Source: Eledone cirrhosa (Eukaryota). Taken from it: 64,000 nt of DNA. How positions within the stretch are numbered: position 1 is the stretch's first letter; every line of letters starts with the position of its first letter. The position numbers and the translations under genes were made by a program. The stretch spans positions 212,970,001 through 213,034,000 of the forward strand of contig OZ024743.1 in assembly GCA_964016885.1 (NCBI GenBank), read 5' to 3'. The notes under the pieces are model-generated. The model worked only from the letters and a program-made list of their open reading frames with translations. It had not been told where the DNA came from and ran no database searches. Positions 60,991 to 64,000 of the stretch are shown here, one piece after another.

Positions 60991-62059
60991 TAGTTAATAT
61001 GTGTTGTAGAGTCATGCAGCAAGCAAAACATATTCACAGATTTCAATCTTATTCCACGCTCTTTAAACCTTCCATTGGTTACATTAACTTAAAAAAGTTT
61101 TACATACTGGGATGTTATGTTAAATAAGTTTATAAAATATGTTTGTTTATTTTATAGAGTTATATGATGCTACAGTATTTTCCTGAAATTGACATAACCT
61201 GGCAGATACACCACAGAGAGAGAGAGAGAGAGAGATACAAATATTTATATAAGGTGATATAGATAGTTACTGATACATAAAAAAGGGCAAACAGATAGAC
61301 GTATAGAGAGCTACAGAGATAACGAGGAAGTAGATAGATTGACTGATTTATAGATAAATAGATAGAGCGATAGATAGATAGATAAATTGACATTCAGAGA
61401 GATAAATACAGGCGGATAGATATACAGCTAGTCATATATTGAGAGACATATAGACAGATAGACAGACAGCTTGATAGACATATAAAAAGATTAACAGACA
61501 GATAAATAGATAAATTGATAGATAGATAGATATGTTTCTTTATTAGCCACAGGGGCACAAAAGAAGGGGACAAATACAAAGGAGGAAGTTTACATACAAT
61601 AAAAACGTGTAAAATATTATCACAAATGCAATTGAAAAGTTAATCGATTTTCCCAATAGGGGGAGACATTTCATATGGGTAACACATACCCCCGAAAAAA
61701 TGTGCAACCCTCATCTCCAGGAGTACGAAGAGTGAGTACCCCATTCCTCTCTTCCTTCTTTTCCTCAACCTACAGGCTGATATAGTGAGAAGGCCCATTC
61801 ACTCGGGATAGATAGATAAATAGATAAATTGATAGATGGATAGATAGATTGATTGACAAACAGACAGATAGATAAAATGGTAGATTGACAGACAGACAGA
61901 CAGATAAATATATTGGCAGACAGATAGATAAATAGATAGATCACTAATATTTCTAAATCAGCTTTGTTTTGTTTGATATTTGGTTGTTACCAAAGACTCC
62001 ATAGGTAATTGGAAAGTTAGAAATATGGTAATGAAGGGTTAAGTAATCATATTGATGGC

Positions 62060-62280
62060 TTCCCCACAGCCCCGGCAGACAGAATGGAGAAGGCGTTTCC
62101 CCAGAGGATGGTAAGGGAGATGCGCTGGAAGAGCCATTCCAACTCGCGAGGTTCACACCTGCGGCTGGACAGCTCAGCGCCTATGGTGGTGATTAGGGAG
62201 GTAGCCAGAGGGCCAAGGACACCAGAAATCTCCACTGCCAAGGGTACGACCGCAAACCTGTCGAAGAGCGACCGGTTGAA
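62060..62280 (-). mobile_element. CRE-like non-LTR element C-terminal fragment
   Basis: [38 protein letters not shown]. Confidence 0.65.
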
Positions 62281-62651
62281 AGACAGAAAGATAAATAGAT
62301 AGACATACAGACATATAGATAGACAAAATAGCTAGATAGCTAGACAGATAGATATCTTTCCTTTTGCCACAAGGGCGCACAAGGGACATCACAAGACGTC
62401 ACGGCGGGGGTTTTACATAAAAATCGTATAAACATTAATGTATAACAATAAACTATATTCAGGCAAAAAGACAGACAGGCATTTTGTTTTAGAAATAAAA
62501 TTGTTTTCTTGGCTCAAAGCAAATATTTTTGAGGAAGAAACAATCAATTAGATCGGTGTCTAAAACTTGGTTGCGTGTTATTTTATCGATCGAGGAAAGA
62601 CGAAAGTCAATGTGACGGGATTTGAACTAAGAACTTAACGTAATAAAAACA

Positions 62652-62855
62652 CGAGCGTTGGTTGAAAACTTCATAGGCTGACTATAAAGGAGTGATGTTA
62701 GAGCTGTGAAATTTTGCATACATTAATTTCAACTCTTCTTATTAATAACTGCATTGTTTCTTTCCAGGGACTATGGCTGAAAAATAAACCTCATTTGTTT
62801 ATTCCATGAGAGTATCTTGATCAGCCTATGAATTTTTCAGCCTATGAACTTTTCA
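62652..62855 (+). mobile_element. Mariner-type MITE copy
   Basis: Homologous to 56724-56931. The right end runs into a tandem array. Confidence 0.8.
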
Positions 62856-63013
62856 GCCTGTGAACCTTTCAACCTATGAACTTTCCAGCCTATGAACTTT
62901 CCAGACTGTGAACTTTCCAGCCTTTAAACTTTTCGGCCGACGAATCTTTCAGCCTATGAACCTTTCAGCCTGTGTACTGCTCAGTCTATGAACTTTCCAG
63001 CCTATGGACTTTC
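62822..63013 (+). repeat. 16-bp tandem repeat x12 derived from the MITE right TIR
   Basis: Consensus CAGCCTATGAACTTTY. Confidence 0.9.
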
Positions 63014-63368
63014 CAGCGGACTATTGTATATATGCTCTACCGAATCTACTAATGTAGCTTCTCTTTTTAAAAAACAAAATTATTGAAAAATGTTTTTTAA
63101 AAAAAAAATAGAATAAACAAAAAAATATTAGTGACAACAGTCAAACTTACTAGATGTCTCTTCATTTTCTTGAGGTACATCAACAATCTTGAGTTTATGC
63201 TTCATCTTAGTGTAGAGGTGTCACTGAGAATGTTTCTGTCCACCTGATACATCAATGAAAATAAAGTATAACGGAGTATAATAATGTAATCACTAAAAGA
63301 CAATCCTATACTACATTCTGGAAAGACTGAAAAAATAAAGGAGGAAATATGAATAAGAATATGAAAAT

Positions 63369-63585
63369 CTAGTAGTAGAAGTAGTAGTAATAGTAGTAGT
63401 AGTGGTGGTGGTAATGGTAGTGGTGGTAGTAGTAGTGGTGATGGTGGTGGTGGTCGCTGTGGTGGTAGTAGTAATAGTAGTAGTGGTAGTAGTAGTAGTA
63501 GTAGTGGTGGCTGTGGTGGAAGTAGTAGTGGTGGTGGTAGTAGTGGTGGTGATGGTAGTAGTGGTGGTAGTAGAAGTAGTAGTAA

Positions 63586-63619
<34 letters not shown>

Positions 63620-63678
63620 GGTAGTAGTAATGGTGGTGGTGGTGGTAGAAGTAGTAGTAATAGTAGTAGTAGTAGTAA

Positions 63679-63736
<58 letters not shown>

Positions 63737-64000
63737 GGTAGTAGTAATGGTGGTGGTGGTGGTGGTAGAAGTAGTAGTAATAGTTGTAATAATAGTAGTA
63801 GTAGTAGTAATAGTAGTAGTAGTAGTGGTGGTGGTGGTAGTAGTAATGGTGGTGGTGGTCGTAGAAGTAGTAGTAATAGTAGTAATAGTAGTAATAGTAG
63901 TGGTTGGTGGTGCTAGTAGTAGTAATAGTAGTAGTGGTGGTGGTGGTAGTAGTAATGGTGGTGGTGGTGGTAGAAGTAGCAGTAATAGTAGTAATAGTAG
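63369..64000 (+). repeat. Compound (TAG)/(TGG)/(TAA) trinucleotide array
   Basis: Runs to the window end. (CTA)n also at 54956-55002. Confidence 0.95.

Overview
Eukaryotic, AT- and microsatellite-rich genomic DNA, most likely from an octopus/coleoid cephalopod (inferred from the SINE/LINE repertoire, not proven). One complete protein-coding gene is present: V-type proton ATPase subunit H (ATP6V1H) on the minus strand, 14 coding exons from ATG 38438 to TAA 6756 (1446 nt, 481 aa), all GT-AG and phase-consistent, with an M-box/ETS promoter module near 38.64 kb. Most of the rest is mobile DNA. It includes an intact Ty3/gypsy LTR retrotransposon nested in an RTE LINE in intron 8, several RTE LINEs (some with a PHD-like finger), two tandem R4/Dong-like REL elements, bipartite RTE-derived short elements, Tx1/CRE/CR1 fragments, tRNA-SINEs, a mariner-type MITE and a Helitron-like element. 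Top leads: (1) a cluster of type I hammerhead ribozyme motifs with covarying stems among (TA)n tracts at 58.3-60.3 kb, with perfect palindromes that look like collapsed inverted hammerhead pairs; (2) a gypsy insertion whose U5 end lacks the terminal CA and which is flanked by a ~125-130 bp duplication joined through microhomology, consistent with a natural one-ended integration.
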